DNA of 62,786 nt, filler included, from Choristocarpus tenellus KU-1152 (taxonomy: Eukaryota > Protista > Phaeophyceae), in the NCBI GenBank assembly GCA_964200185.2. It is 11 parts of 11 records of this genome, joined end to end, with 100 filler letters (N's around TTAATTAATTAA, not from the genome) between each part and the next. Parts side by side here need not be neighbours in the genome. Positions count along the whole stretch, not along the records: positions 11,292 to 16,148 come from CAXNAD020012769.1; positions 16,249 to 19,139 come from CAXNAD020023883.1; positions 19,240 to 28,808 come from CAXNAD020003568.1; 8 more parts are not named here. The stretch is one strand, 5' to 3'. How positions within the stretch are numbered: position 1 is the first letter of the stretch; every line of letters begins with the position of its first letter. Position numbers and translations under genes: made by a program. Shown piece after piece: positions 12,521 to 25,082 of the stretch. The notes beneath the pieces were generated by a model. The model ran no database searches. It had not been told where the DNA came from and worked only from the letters and a program-made list of their open reading frames with translations.

Positions 12521-15150
12521 CTTGAGGAGGATGGCTGCACGGTGGAAATTGCTACGGAAGCTCCTTGGAAGTGGAGGTTTCACCTCTTGGACCCAAGTCC
12601 AGTACCTCTCCCATTCTTGTCCATCTTTGAACGGTAGAATGCATTGGATCTCGGAACTAGTATGTAGAGGTTCAAAGGGGGAAGGAGAAGCAAGGGAGGG
12701 AAGCTTATTGACCTAGGAGGGATTTCTGATATGTGGAACTACCATTTCCTTGCTCCTTGAGAGAGTCCACACAGTTGGCTGAGTCAAAGTTATCTTAGAG
12801 GGTAGGGGCGCGTCCATTTGGGGGCCAAAATCCAATGTTGCGATTTTGGTGTAATTTTGGCTATTGTGTTTGTTAGGAAGTGTCCATATCCCCGTTCCGG
12901 ATACACCTTTTCATAATGTATACACTTTACCTACTCCAAAATACTTTGGAGTAGGTAAAATGTCATTTTAAAAAAACATGGGAAGCCAAGCCCCAAATAA
13001 TGGACAAACAGGGCAAAACTCGTACCCTCTAAGATACTTTCACTCACTGGGATGATTGAGGTTTGAGCATTTCAAGGTTATTTTAATATTTAATAGGGTA
13101 GGAGTTTCGCCCTGTTTATCCGTTTGAGGCTTGACTTCCCACGGGTCTTGTGCTCTTCTTCGGTTTTCTGTGTAAACATTTGGATTTCGGAGTAGGTAAA
13201 ATGCACAGAACTATGGAAGGTGTGTCCAGAGCAAGCGTGTTGACACCTGCTAACGAGCACCATAGCCAAAATTCATCAAAATCGCAACGTTGGATTTATG
13301 ACCCTGAACGGACACGACCCTACCCTCTGAAATGATGCTTTGAGGTTTTTGTAAGGAAAAAGTCGAATTTTGTACATATTTGCCAACAACATCCTTAAAA
13401 TGCAACAGCTCTGGGTACCTCTCACTTACTTTGACTCATAGCAATAGTAAAAGTATGCCACAGCAGTGAGCCAGTATGGTGTACATACCCTGCAATCTCT
13501 AGCTCCCTCCCCCCTTCTTCTTGGATTGACTCAGGTTCTGGGACTGCTAGGCAATAGTACGTGGTTTGAACCTAGTATCGATACTGCCATATGGACACCG
13601 ATTTTGCCGTGGAAAGCAAAGATCATAACGGGAAGAAACGGTATGGGGAGATTCAGCATCCTTGATCCGCGTTGCTATTAGATTCTCCACCCTTCGACAT
13701 CATGTCTTTAACAACACTGTGAAAGGTCAATCAAGCTGAAAGCATGTCGAAGCCATGTCCAAACAGAGCGAATACCTCCGCTCAATAACCAGCAGTGCCT
13801 TGGTTGATAGTGTATGGCAGATTTAGTTTTATATTTTCCTACCTCAATTTTGGTTAACAAGCAACGGCACTCCTCAAATTCAAGGGTTTTATTATCCTAC
13901 TAACTTCACTTGTCCACCTTTCTTCTCACCAGCAAACGGGGCACAGATTCCAGCCAGTCTCGGGTTGGACACTAAAGCCTTCCTCCTCACAGCACTTCCT
14001 ACACACGCACTTGTGGGTGCAGGGGAAAAATACGGCCCAGGCCTTGCCCAGCTGGCACACCACACATGCTTGCTGCCCCTTAGGGTCACGGAAGGGAGCC
14101 AAGGAGGCATACTCATGTGCCATCAAAATGTAGTCCTGATGAAGTGGCCGTTTAGTTTGGTTACGACTCATGTAACTTGGGCATTTGCGAAGTGTAAGTG
14201 ATGATTGGTTATTCTCTTATCATGACCCTTGTCTGTGCATACTTATCCAGTTGAGAAGAATTGTGGTATTGCTTTGTGAATCCGATAGCTTGTGTAGGTT
14301 CAAAGGCATCGGTATTGTGTTATCTGACCAAAGAAGAGATATTCTAGGCGTATGGCAGGTCAAGGACACATCTATCTCTAGATTATCCTATGGATGTACA
14401 TAGACATTTGAAGGAAGTGTATAGTTCATTGGCTGTTCAAATCGAATGGTCTCCACTCTTCTATGAACGTAGTCGGCGGTTCTTGACTGAGAAGAAATGT
14501 CTTGCACACTGCGCACCGGGCATATTGCAAGCTGTCCCAACCATGGACATGGTACTCGATAGACTTGGTCATAATGCATCACTTTTTTGCACGATGAAAG
14601 AGGAAACATGTCTGAGATGAGTACAACCCCCTGCTCGGAACAACCTTATACTCCAAGTGCATTGTCGTGTATGTGACTCGGTGAGGTGATGATGATGGAA
14701 GCGCCCAAGAAAACTTGACACGCTCAACTCCCGACTTCGTTGCACCTTTCGCTTGCCGTCGTCATCCTTGTTGGAAGTACTCAGCACATCCGAAGGGTGG
14801 ATAACCCTGGAAGATGACACTGGTATCGCCGCTTTCCCTATTGAGAGATCCACAGGATCCAAAGTCGTATATATCGCATTAGCTCGTCTATCGTGATGGT
14901 TCGTGACCTGTAATTGCTGGCACTCCGCAACTGGTTCTTCCCATGTAGTACACCCCGTTTTCGTGTTGTAGTAGAAGAAGAGCTGCATAGCAGACACCAC
15001 CGAGTTCCTATGTCAGTTTAGACGAGCGGATACCCTCACTGCTTCCACAGGTGAATCGAAAAGTGACGAGATGATGACATGATTTCGTCGCACCTGGGTT
15101 GACGGGTCCCAATGCCTCGTCCAGAATGGGAGGAGTCCATCACCCACCAT
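12521..15150 (-). CDS. WW-domain plus C3HC4 RING-finger protein (putative E3 ligase), 3' partial; exons 15094-15150, from 14982, ending 13930, and 12521-12656
   Basis: Spliced WW LPFWTRHWDPSTQ|LFFYYNTKTGCTTWEEP; RING CVVC...FFPCTHKCVCRKC...CPVC|CSEIQ; downstream exon ERYWTWVQEVKPPLP in phase; structure between ~14130 and ~14900 unresolved. Confidence 0.75.
12781..13045 (-). mobile_element. MITE family A copy (intronic)
   Basis: Both TIRs, perfect internal hairpin, flanks GCT/ACT. Confidence 0.9.
13094..13345 (+). mobile_element. MITE family A, degenerate copy inverted relative to its neighbour
   Basis: Colinear with other A copies; termini eroded. Confidence 0.8.
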
Positions 15151-15689
15151 GTCATTAAGTCTTAATCGCTGGACTCCAAGTCATTGACTCGTAGACTTGT
15201 CACTCGCTGCGTAGCTTCACTGTACAGCGTTGGTGTTGTGAATGAGTGTCCGTTGTCATTCCGTGCTATCGAGACATACGTTACGTCTAGCGCAGAAAGA
15301 AGCGTTACTGAAGGTCGATTACATTTTGAAATTTCAAAAACTGCGTGATCAGTGTTTTTCCTAATAAGCAAGAAAATGGGCAACTTGAAAATGTAGCGAC
15401 ACTGGTACGTTCAATACGAAGAGCTACTACCGTATTTCTAGTATTTCTTATACCAGGGTCAGACCATAACAAACAGTTGGTGGGATGCCCCTCCCTTGTC
15501 ATGGAAGGTGGACTGAGTGAGGGGGTTGCTCAGAAATCAACAGAAATGAGCGAAACAAAGGGCTGTATTTCTCCTGTTCTTTCTTCCTCCTACACACTTG
15601 CTCTTCAACCCGAATAATAGCAAAAAATAATGGCATACTAACAAGTAATTTGAAGTAGAGAAGAGAAACTTTATATAATTTTTAAATAT

Positions 15690-16000
15690 GAACCAGTCAC
15701 ATTGACCTTGGACACACTGCGAGTGACATACCACGTATTTCTCACAAATTTCTACGTTCCCACTCGACGCTCGAGAATTCCCATATTGAACCAATTCCAC
15801 CAGATGAAATCAATTTTTGTTTTGCAGATGGCAGCGCTTTGACCATCATAGGGTTTATCAGGTTTTGTCTTCAATTAGGTGATATTACAATCCCAGTTGA
15901 AGCTTTAGTATTGCCCACTCTAGGACCTGATGACGTTCTTCTTGATAACAGTGTTCTTGATGCTTTTTTAACTTTATCCCAGTCAATTTTGGGTCAAGCC
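15690..16000 (+). mobile_element. Degenerate Gypsy-type aspartic protease relic
   Basis: LDT..SDI..IS...ADGSALTIIGFIRFCLQLGDITIPVEALVLPTLGPDDVLLDNSVLDAF; clearly homologous to ~27560-27870 (-). Confidence 0.6.
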
Positions 16001-16480
16001 CATCCTCAATGAAAGGCTCCATCCTCAATTTTTGAAATCGACTGTTTTTTGGAGCGACATACATATATATATGACTGGAAAACTCAAAGGTTGTCATTCC
16101 AAAAAAGTGCAACTGTCATACCTGCCATTCATCGCACTACCCCTTCTTNNNNNNNNNNNNNNNNNNNNNNNNNNNNNNNNNNNNNNNNNNNNTTAATTAA
16201 TTAANNNNNNNNNNNNNNNNNNNNNNNNNNNNNNNNNNNNNNNNNNNNGGATTTGAGTTGTACATCCTGGAAGGTGAGCATTGAGGGGCGCCTGTAACAC
16301 AACTTCTGCGATTCCCTGCAGTCCTTACATTTGTTCAACTTTAACCTCTCCTCTCGGTTACTATTCGCCTTGGTCCATCTGGTCCGTCTTAGACTGCTGT
16401 TTGCATCGGTATGGGAGGAGAGAAAAGAAAGAGATGGGAGCCTCACACGACCCCCCGTTGCTGAATGTGAGGAGATGGTT

Positions 16481-16746
16481 AAAAAAGAGAAGAGGGGCAT
16501 TATTCATATTACTATGCCCTCTGATATTTTGCAGATGTGTCCGGGAGAAAAACAATGAAAACTATTCACATGTCAGAGAGATCCCTAAGGAAGTAACAGT
16601 TGTCATAAATATGAAAAATATTGATCTATTTGCTATTTTACTACCACCTATGCTGTGCTACTGCCCTCCTGTGTCTCCAGCCTAGCAATTCCTGCACCTC
16701 AGGGTGAGGACCTAGGGAAGCATCCCAAGAATCTAAGAAGCCCCTC
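16481..16746 (+). mobile_element. PPT plus 5' portion of LTR family 'LTR-1'
   Basis: Purine tract AAAAAAGAGAAGAGGGG followed by ~245 bp aligning to ~26680-26150 (-). Confidence 0.65.
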
Positions 16747-16797
16747 CTTCCCCATCTCCCTGGCGACTCAGCTTAGAATGCATGAAACGTCTAGACA

Positions 16798-17234
16798 GGC
16801 TCAAAGTATCTGGGGAGGGGGAGGTCTACACCAGGGTGTCCATTCAGCCCTTGACCAGGAGAAGTGAATTTAGATTATCCATCCAAGTGAAAGTATCTCA
16901 GAGGGTACGAGTTTTTCCCTGTTTGTCCATTTTGGACTTGGCTTCCCATGTTTTTTTTAATGATATTTACCTAATCCAAAATGTTCAGGAATAGGTCAAA
17001 TGTATACGTTATGAAAAGGTGTATCCAAAACATGGATATTGACACTTCCTTACAAACACGATAGCCAAAATTACATCAAAATCGCAACGTTGGATTTTGG
17101 TCCTAAATGGACGCGGCTCTACCCTCTAAGATACTTTGGTTCTCCGACGTATCCAACCAAATCGCCCAAAAATCGCGACATGGAAAAATGGGCCCCAAAT
17201 GGACAGCCACCACCCCCTCTAGATACTTTGAGCC
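16798..17234 (+). mobile_element. MITE family B (complete, hosts a nested A copy)
   Basis: TIRs GGCTCAAAGTATCT / AGATACTTTGAGCC; TSD ACA. Confidence 0.9.
16885..17142 (+). mobile_element. MITE family A nested in family B
   Basis: TSD TCC; removing it plus one TCC restores the uninterrupted B sequence seen near 30390. Confidence 0.92.
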
Positions 17235-17239
17235 ACAGG

Positions 17240-18930
17240 GCCACCTGCGTTGTCGTAGAGACTACTTGTCGTAGGCAGGATTTGATCACCCCTTTCCTGC
17301 CGTAGCCTCCAGTTCCTCTCCCCTACTGCGTGCATAGCTAGCTCATCCAGGAAACTTTCTGCTTGCTTATCGAGGCGCTCAAAACGTTCCACCACGAAGG
17401 TGTTGAAGTTAGAACTACGAGGATCAAAAGAGCCCTCTACGAGGGCTCTTTTATTACAGATAGTAGGTCATGGTTTAGCACCTATTGCTTCTACAAGGAA
17501 TCACTAAAAACGAACACTTACAACACTTGTAGAATGCTCCATCAAGATATAGATATAAAATGTCTCGAACATATAGACATCAAAGCCCAGAATTTATTCT
17601 CTATGAATATCCCTCTAAGATATAAAACATGATCCCGAATGCTTTCGGTTACATATTACTGTAATTCGTACCGTATTCTGTACACTCCCTAATGAGAGTG
17701 GAAGTAAACAAAACAAAACACAGATTGCTTCGACTCTCGCACACTGCATTCATCTTATCAATACAGTGTCTACAAAGTCTATTACCCGCTTCTACCGTAG
17801 TCACTTCGTTAAAATGTCACCAAGATGCACAGCAGTAGGTACGTACTTTCATTACAATAATTACTTGGCTCACGTACTCCCTTGTGCATTTCAAGTTTGT
17901 GTCAACATGCCATGTTCTTCCGTTGAACTCTATGGGTTGTCCCTGCCTGTATTGCAACTTGGTTATCCCCATACCAAGTCGTAACCCCTTGTGGGGTACA
18001 CCAAGTTCCCTCAGGATTCCTCTGATAAATATCGCTTATCTCATCCCTTGTGCCATTACTGTCCACTACTAGCACTGTCCTGACTATGTCATTCACCAGG
18101 CTGGACGTGTTGAGTAGTCCATACCCACCCGTTGGGTGAAGCCCTGTGCCACCAACCTGACCTTGAACTGTTCAATGGTCCCTTCGGCTGTCTGCTTAAT
18201 CTTAAATATGAACTTAGCCTTGACAGGTTTCGTTCCCCATGGCAAAATCCCTCCCTCTACGAATGTTCCCTTCTTTCGTTGTCACTCCATCTCTTTCTCC
18301 ATCGACGATTGCCATTCTCGCGGGTCAGGCCCCGTTAGTGCCTCTGATATAGAAGATGGTTCTGGATGGTCTGGGTTAGTGTTTCCTGCCAGACCGATTA
18401 AACAGTATGCGTCATCGGTGTTTGCCCTGATTAAGTTGATTATATTGTCGTCCAAGTAGTATCTTATCGTCGCTGAACGTAAAATTCTCTGTAGTCCACC
18501 CAGGGTTGCTCGTTCAGCCTGGCAGAGAGTGAAAGTATCTTACAGCGTACGAGTTTTGCCTTGTTTGTACATTTGGGGCTTGGCTTCCTATGGTTTTTTT
18601 TTATGACATTTCCTACTCCAAAATGTTCAGGAGTAGGTAAGATGTATACGTTATGAAAAGGTGTGTACGGAACAAGGATATTGGCACTTACTAACAAACA
18701 AGATTGCCAAATTTATATCAAAGTCTCAAAATTGGGTTTTGATCCCCAAATGGACGCGGCCCTACCCTCTTGGATACTTTGGCTCAGATCTCCGTTTAGG
18801 AGAGTTGTGCTTGGATGCCCATGTTTCTGGTGGGTTGGACTCTGTAACATCGCTGGAGTCCTCAATGAACAACTTTCAGATTCCCCGTCCGTAATGTACT
18901 CGTCTTGTTCAATGTACTCAGTCAGAGAAA
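17240..18930 (-). mobile_element. Degenerate, internally deleted Ty1/Copia retrotransposon (linker, RT N-terminus, RNase H, PPT, 3' LTR from 17684)
   Basis: EPSSISEALTGPDPREWQSSMEKEM, KPVKAKFIFKIK, FKVRLVAQGFTQRVGMDY (RT); IFIRGILRELG, GDNQVAIQ, HVDT, YVPT, GDILTK (RNase H); stops and frameshifts; AGGGAG-TGTACAG PPT/LTR junction. Confidence 0.85.
18527..18785 (+). mobile_element. MITE family A inserted in the Copia relic
   Basis: Both TIRs; TSD AGA; splits the RRS|ARL linker motif. Confidence 0.92.
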
Positions 18931-18936
18931 TATGCT

Positions 18937-18969
18937 GAGTGAATGTATCTTAGAGGGTACGGGTTTTTG
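18937..18969 (+). mobile_element. Isolated family A terminus
   Basis: GAGTGAATGTATCTTAGAGGGTACG. Confidence 0.7.
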
Positions 18970-19239
18970 TTAAAACATAGGCTACTACTCATTTGTTTCT
19001 TGTTAATATGATACACATACTACCAGCTTGTACTGACTGTTGATAGGTGCACTGCACTGGTTGTTAGTGTTTATTTTTTTGTTGCGCATTCCAACTCATC
19101 ATCACATCGATGACAGTAGATAGAAGTATAGCATCGGTTNNNNNNNNNNNNNNNNNNNNNNNNNNNNNNNNNNNNNNNNNNNNTTAATTAATTAANNNNN
19201 NNNNNNNNNNNNNNNNNNNNNNNNNNNNNNNNNNNNNNN

Positions 19240-19302
19240 GGAGCCAAGCCCCACAAATGGACAAACAGGGAAAAATTCGTACCCTCTAAGATAGTTTCAC
19301 TC
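19240..19302 (-). mobile_element. MITE family A partial (contig start)
   Basis: AAATGGACAAACAGGG...ACCCTCTAAGATAGTTTCACTC. Confidence 0.85.
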
Positions 19303-19725
19303 TCATCCAGGCTATGATTGATGTGAAATGTGTACTGGTATGTCTCTCGGTATGTTGTATTGAAGCAGACAGTGATTGTTGTGGAAGTGTGTTTGGTTGT
19401 TCGGTGATTAACACGTTTGGAGACAGGTGGGTGTGTGTCATACTGCATCAAGACACCTGCGGGTTCAGTCTGGTGCGTCTGGCAGTGTGTTTTACTCAGT
19501 CAGTGTATGATTGGTGTGAAATGTGTACTTGTAACTCCAGGAGTATGTTTTACTCAAACAGGCTATGGTTGATGTGAAATGTGTGATCATTCATTGAGAC
19601 GCTCAAATGAAGAAATTCAGCATGTCAACATTCACAATCAGAAATGTGTAGCAGTCCGCAGACAACTTTCAAATCATGTAGATTCTGTTGAAAGCAACAC
19701 TTCCTTGCCAAATTTCTAATAAAAT

Positions 19726-22700
19726 TCACTTGCCAAGATCAACTGGGGAGAGGTCTCCTCCTGCAATGACCTGTGGCACCAAGTCTTTTCCCATGGAAGG
19801 AGACAATAGAGACACATACATACATGCACAGCAGAAGGACGGGCGTTCAAGATGTAAAGCTGCTAGGGAATTGCACTTGAACTAGTAGGAGATAAAGACA
19901 GACATTAACACCAGGACAAGAGGACACTAACAATGCTCAACATTTTGTAGACATCTCCTCTGGGAGTGTTTGTTTGTAAAGCCCATACATTAACATACAA
20001 ATTGATCTATGATCAACGACCTCCAACCTCCTATGTTTTCACCCAGATATTGTGGGGTCACTACTAAGTGCAGAAAGAACATAATCTGAATAATAAAAGG
20101 TCAAGCAAGGAGGGTAAGGGAGGTGTGTGGCATTCAATTGGTCGCACTAACAGAAAAAAAAGTGGTAGATATTAATGAAATAAAACATCATCCAAACGAT
20201 TTGATCTACTGCACTCAAGGTTGGCAAAATACAGAATTGTGTTGGACACTCCCACCTGATGTATATGGTGAGCAATCCCAGCAGCCCCTGTGTTCAAGAA
20301 ACACGTAAGACCACTCAGCAATCCCATTACCAATCCCTTCAATGCTCTAGTTTGGGGATTTTAGCTCAGCACTACCATATTGTGGCAAATTGGGTGGGAG
20401 TTGGACAAAAGTCTGTACAGTCATCATTATGATGCCATCCTATCACCTACCTTCTGCCTTGATCACCCTCAATTGGCCAACCCTGTCATGCACCATAACC
20501 TTAGCCTCCTTAAACCCGTGCTCAGTCAAGAATGTCCTGGCCTGACCAAAGGGAGCATGGAGGTTTCCAAACTGATCGACCTGGATGCAATGGAAGACCA
20601 AAAAGAAGGGAGCAGGACATGGCATCGCATATGGTGTATCTGTGCTGGAACTGCACTGTGAACTTTGGAGTATTTGAGGGGACTTACACCCTCTGATCGC
20701 ACTGCTGCCTTTGCTCGTTTCATCTAACAAGGTTATAATACCACTCCTACCATTACCCATCACCCAACAACTATTGGTTGAAAGAGCCCAGCGGTTAGGT
20801 ATTGTTTGAGTTGGCATCTTTGGCAGTACCCTCTGTGCATTATGTTATCTGAGAGCTTTCAAAGCCTCAACAAACAGGCAGCAAGAAATCAGGCAATGCA
20901 TATATGCATGTACTTGGTGGTTCACTGCTGCACTTCTCTTTTTGCGACACTGTGACAGGAGGTGCTCCTTGAGAATAATCAGACCTATTACTACTAAGAT
21001 TCTGTAGTAAACTGTGGTAGCCTAAGGTCGCATCATTGACGTAAATGCTCTTTTTTCATGTACCAAGTACTTTGGATAGTCTCACGATGCTTCAATTTCA
21101 TGTCCAACCTATTATCACAATCATGAACATGGGGGTACAGCAATGCTTCAGTATAGTGGTACAACACACATGGAATGCAAAAAATATTGAAATATTCTCA
21201 ACCAACCTAACAAATTCTGTGAATTCTGTGGAACAAAGGGAAATTGACCGAGTTTAGGTATAAATCTCAACGACAGGCAGCAAAAAATCACAAGCAAGAG
21301 TTGGGTACTTACATACGAGAGAGGGCAGACCTCAGCAAATTTCACACAAGGGACACCAAACGGCAATTTCCATCAGCAAAACAAGAAGGGAATGATTTTG
21401 GCCCATTGTCCAGAACAACTCTGTAAGAAACCAGCAATGTTTTCAACATACAACTTACACCTTTACTGAATAGATCACACCACCATATCATCCTACCGAC
21501 CCCCCTACTTTGTTTCATCAGTGTACATAGGGGTTTTCCCGGACTAGTTGGTGAAGAGACGAAGATAGGGTTGTTCTGTTCAGCATCAGTTTGAAGTGCT
21601 TGCAGAGTGGTTTTATAGTGCACTGGGAAGGCATTTCTTGCAGCTTCACAGAGGGTGGTGAAGATGAGGTATAGTAGACTTAAGTCCAGTATTTAAAGAT
21701 ATTTTAGGGTATCCTCTTAGTGACCTCTTGCAACACCTCCACAAAAAAATTGAAAATCTTACACATCCTTGTGCATTTGTAACTTGCCCTGCAAACTGTT
21801 TGAACTGATGCTCAAGAGAGCGAGAATGTAGAGTTGGACTCCTTTCATGCCAAAATACTATTAACAGGTTACAATCCTAGCCACTCACACACTAACTAAC
21901 CTCTCGATTGGAGTTCCTACCTACAAGTACCTCTGCATCTATGGCTCATGATCATTAACAAAAAAACACTGTGTACAGATTCTCCTGGATGCATTATTAT
22001 ACCAGTACATAGAGAAAGAGGCAAAAAAACTGGGGTGGCAACACCTTGACAAGTATTTTCATTTCACACAAGCATCCCATCTTGTGTGACACAGAGTGTA
22101 TTTGAATATCAAGCAAGTCCATTCCACGGATTCCAATTCCCACAACAGACATGTATCTTGTTGCTCTTTTTCAGTTTTCACTCTTACCAACTATTAAAAA
22201 AAGGTATTCTCTGTGAAAGAAACGCACTCTTAGCCAGTCAGCAGGAAAATATCGAAGTCACAGTCATCATGATGATGCCTCTTATAAAGCTGGCTTGTCC
22301 TAGAAGTACATATTGTCCGTATCATTGTAGCTGTGACCTGCCCCTAACCCCATTCAAACCAGAATATAGTTTCAAAGTTGGGCTCCAAGTCAAAAGCCCT
22401 GAATCCAGCCCACATGTATTATCTATCAATAGCTATTTAGCCAGCTACAAGATCTATCACCTGCATAAGACATGACGGGTTAACTCCTTCCTTGCGCTTT
22501 TGCATCATCAGAGGGGCCAAAAGCGTCATGGGGTCTAGTGAACCACCATACTCCAGGGCCTTCATCTCATGCGCCACTTCAATGTGTCCATCGCTAAACA
22601 CTACTGCTGCTGCATACCTGAAAGTTATCATAGCGATCAGTAACTTGCTGTCTTAAATCAACAGCCCACCAGCATGACCATACCATATTGCTTGTGCGAA

Positions 22701-24651
22701 GATCACAGAGAATACATCACCACGTCAAACCACTCCTCCATGTGCTAGTATGCACACTCATGTACTAGTATACACAAAGGAAAAAAGAATGCGGTTGATC
22801 ATAGTCGTGGGAATCAGCACCTGATGGGGTGGAGAGCGTCTCGATCATCCTCTGATGTAGCAATCTGTGCCCTCTCATAAGCAGTTGCAATTCCCTTTTC
22901 AAGCCCCAGTGCATCCAGCTTGCCCTCCTGTAAGAGGTCCTCTGACGCCTGGTCACCAACCAAACATCCAATTTCGGATGTTGAGTTCAGAAAACACACG
23001 CTTACGACTACAGAGTAGCAAGGGATGTTCTCCGTTGCTTTTGCCACACAGGGGGCTAGTGCTTGAACTCACAACAAGTGAATGGTGCCTCTAGATACTC
23101 CAATAATACTAACAACAAAATTGAACTAGAAAATCAGCTGTTCAGTCAGGCTAAACGGACAAGGTGTGTAGACCACTCCTAGCAACTCAAGAAAATAATA
23201 AAGGTGTAATGTAACCCTTCAATACTTACTACTGACCATCACCTGCTGGGTCATGAAGCCCAGCCTGAGTTGTTCATTTCTTGTCACAGTCCCGTATAGG
23301 TTAGGGAAAGGGTATAAGTCACCAACCAAGCATCTTTCCAAGCACCATGAGGTGTTCTGCTGATCTTCCCCAACACCAAAACTGGACCTCATATTTGAGG
23401 ACTCTGGGCTAGGGGATAGAGTTTCGTTCACTTCCCAGGAAACCTTGCAATGATTAGGACCTTTACTAGATCCGGCCATGATGACTGGTGTACTTGGAGG
23501 CAGGTGGGTTGACAAGAATTCTCTGCAGAGAATACCTGCCATGAGTTGTTCATCCAATAAGAGATGAAATGAACCGAAGTGTGTTTTGCAAACTTGTACC
23601 ACGGCAGGTATGCAAAGTGCTTTGTATTAAGCCAGATATCAATTACTTTTGCAAAAAAATGCAATTTATATAGGTGTCCCTGTCAGTAAAAACTGTGCGC
23701 TTCTCTAGATCATACTCCGAGTGATGTGGCCAAGTGTAGTGGGTGGTGCGAACAAAAGTCTACATTTGCCCATATTATATTTCTGGTCTATGAAAGGCAA
23801 CTTTGTCCTCGGTGAATAGTCAAAACACAAACTATACAAGTAGCAACACACTACCACCATATGGTTGTAGTGCCACATGTTTTATTGCCTCTAACAGCCA
23901 ATACTAGGACAGAACCCGCTTACTACTAGGACACCAACACACAATAGAGTGTATGGCAGGGATCTACAGTCTATGCCTACTCTGAATTTTTTAGTGGGTT
24001 GGATGAAGATTGGATCTCATCAATTGCTTTGTTCAACACCGTAGAGCAGGAAACCACAGGGAGCCTATTATAGCTGACACTGTATCTAAGGGATATACTC
24101 TACCAAAATGGATGGTGCGCGAAATCAATTTCCTTCCAAACATGTACAATGCCCAAGGATTGAGTAAGTGAAATGTCTCTGGCTTTTATATAATGTCGAC
24201 TCACCAGGGGCAAGTGCACGATCGCTGTCAGTGACCACCACCACCTTGGTCACACGAACAACATCTACCGCTTCCCGCAGCTTGCACATTGCGGAACGCT
24301 CAGCGCAGATCGATGACCCAATGTAGCTTGACTCAGCATTCGTACCTGTTGTTCGGACAACCCACAAAGTGAGGGGATGGTACGCTGTCCTGTCACATCG
24401 ATGTTGTTCCCATCCTGGTAAAGTACCGGTTTTCTCGTTTAGGCGGTGTCATCCCCTGCAGACTTGCCTGTTATAAGGTGTACACCTGACTTGGAGTCCT
24501 GGTACTGCAGTATGCACACCACGCGAAAGAGAGATAAGTGAGGGGGAACCAGTGACGTCCGTATTCCATGTGCTATAGCCACGAGACTTTCGTCCTCTTG
24601 ACCCCTGCCTCCCGTCGTGGGAGAGGGTTGACTAGGTGAACAAGAACACAT
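19726..24651 (-). CDS. Two-domain cytidine deaminase-like protein; exons 24468-24651, 24205-24345, 23243-23535, 22821-22948, 22461-22617, 20451-20580, 19726-19784
   Basis: Spliced: S.FRVVCIL...GTNAESSYIGSSICAERSA...APGILCREFL (CDA fold); second repeat YAAAVVFSDG...ALEYGGSLDP...HAPFGQARTFL; all exons in phase; first intron GC-AG; start codon and last exon less certain. Confidence 0.82.
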
Positions 24652-25082
24652 GGCCACGACACCACCACTTGCAGCCAAGAAAAAGAGGAAGGGTGAAATG
24701 ATACGCTCGTCCACTCTCAGCTGTCCTCTGTCACTGATACATCTCTGTGGTTGACAATGGCAACAGCAATTGGCATTTGAGATGGAATTTCAGTTCACTT
24801 TCATATAAACATTCTTCTATCGTGTGGTGCAGCTTCACAGTTGTCGCGATCGACCGAGCCTCTCACTAATTGAAACAACGCTCATTGTAAGACTCACAGC
24901 ATCATGACTCATTCTGGAGACTGGCAGTAACACATTGGTCAATCTTCGGGTCAGAAAAGTGCGCATTAACATTCCTTGTCAGCATCCACAATCCAGCTGC
25001 TTCTAATCTACAGTATCGATATAGAGTTGTACTGGTTGTGAGATTTGGATGGGGGCATGATATTTGTTGGGGATATATCATG

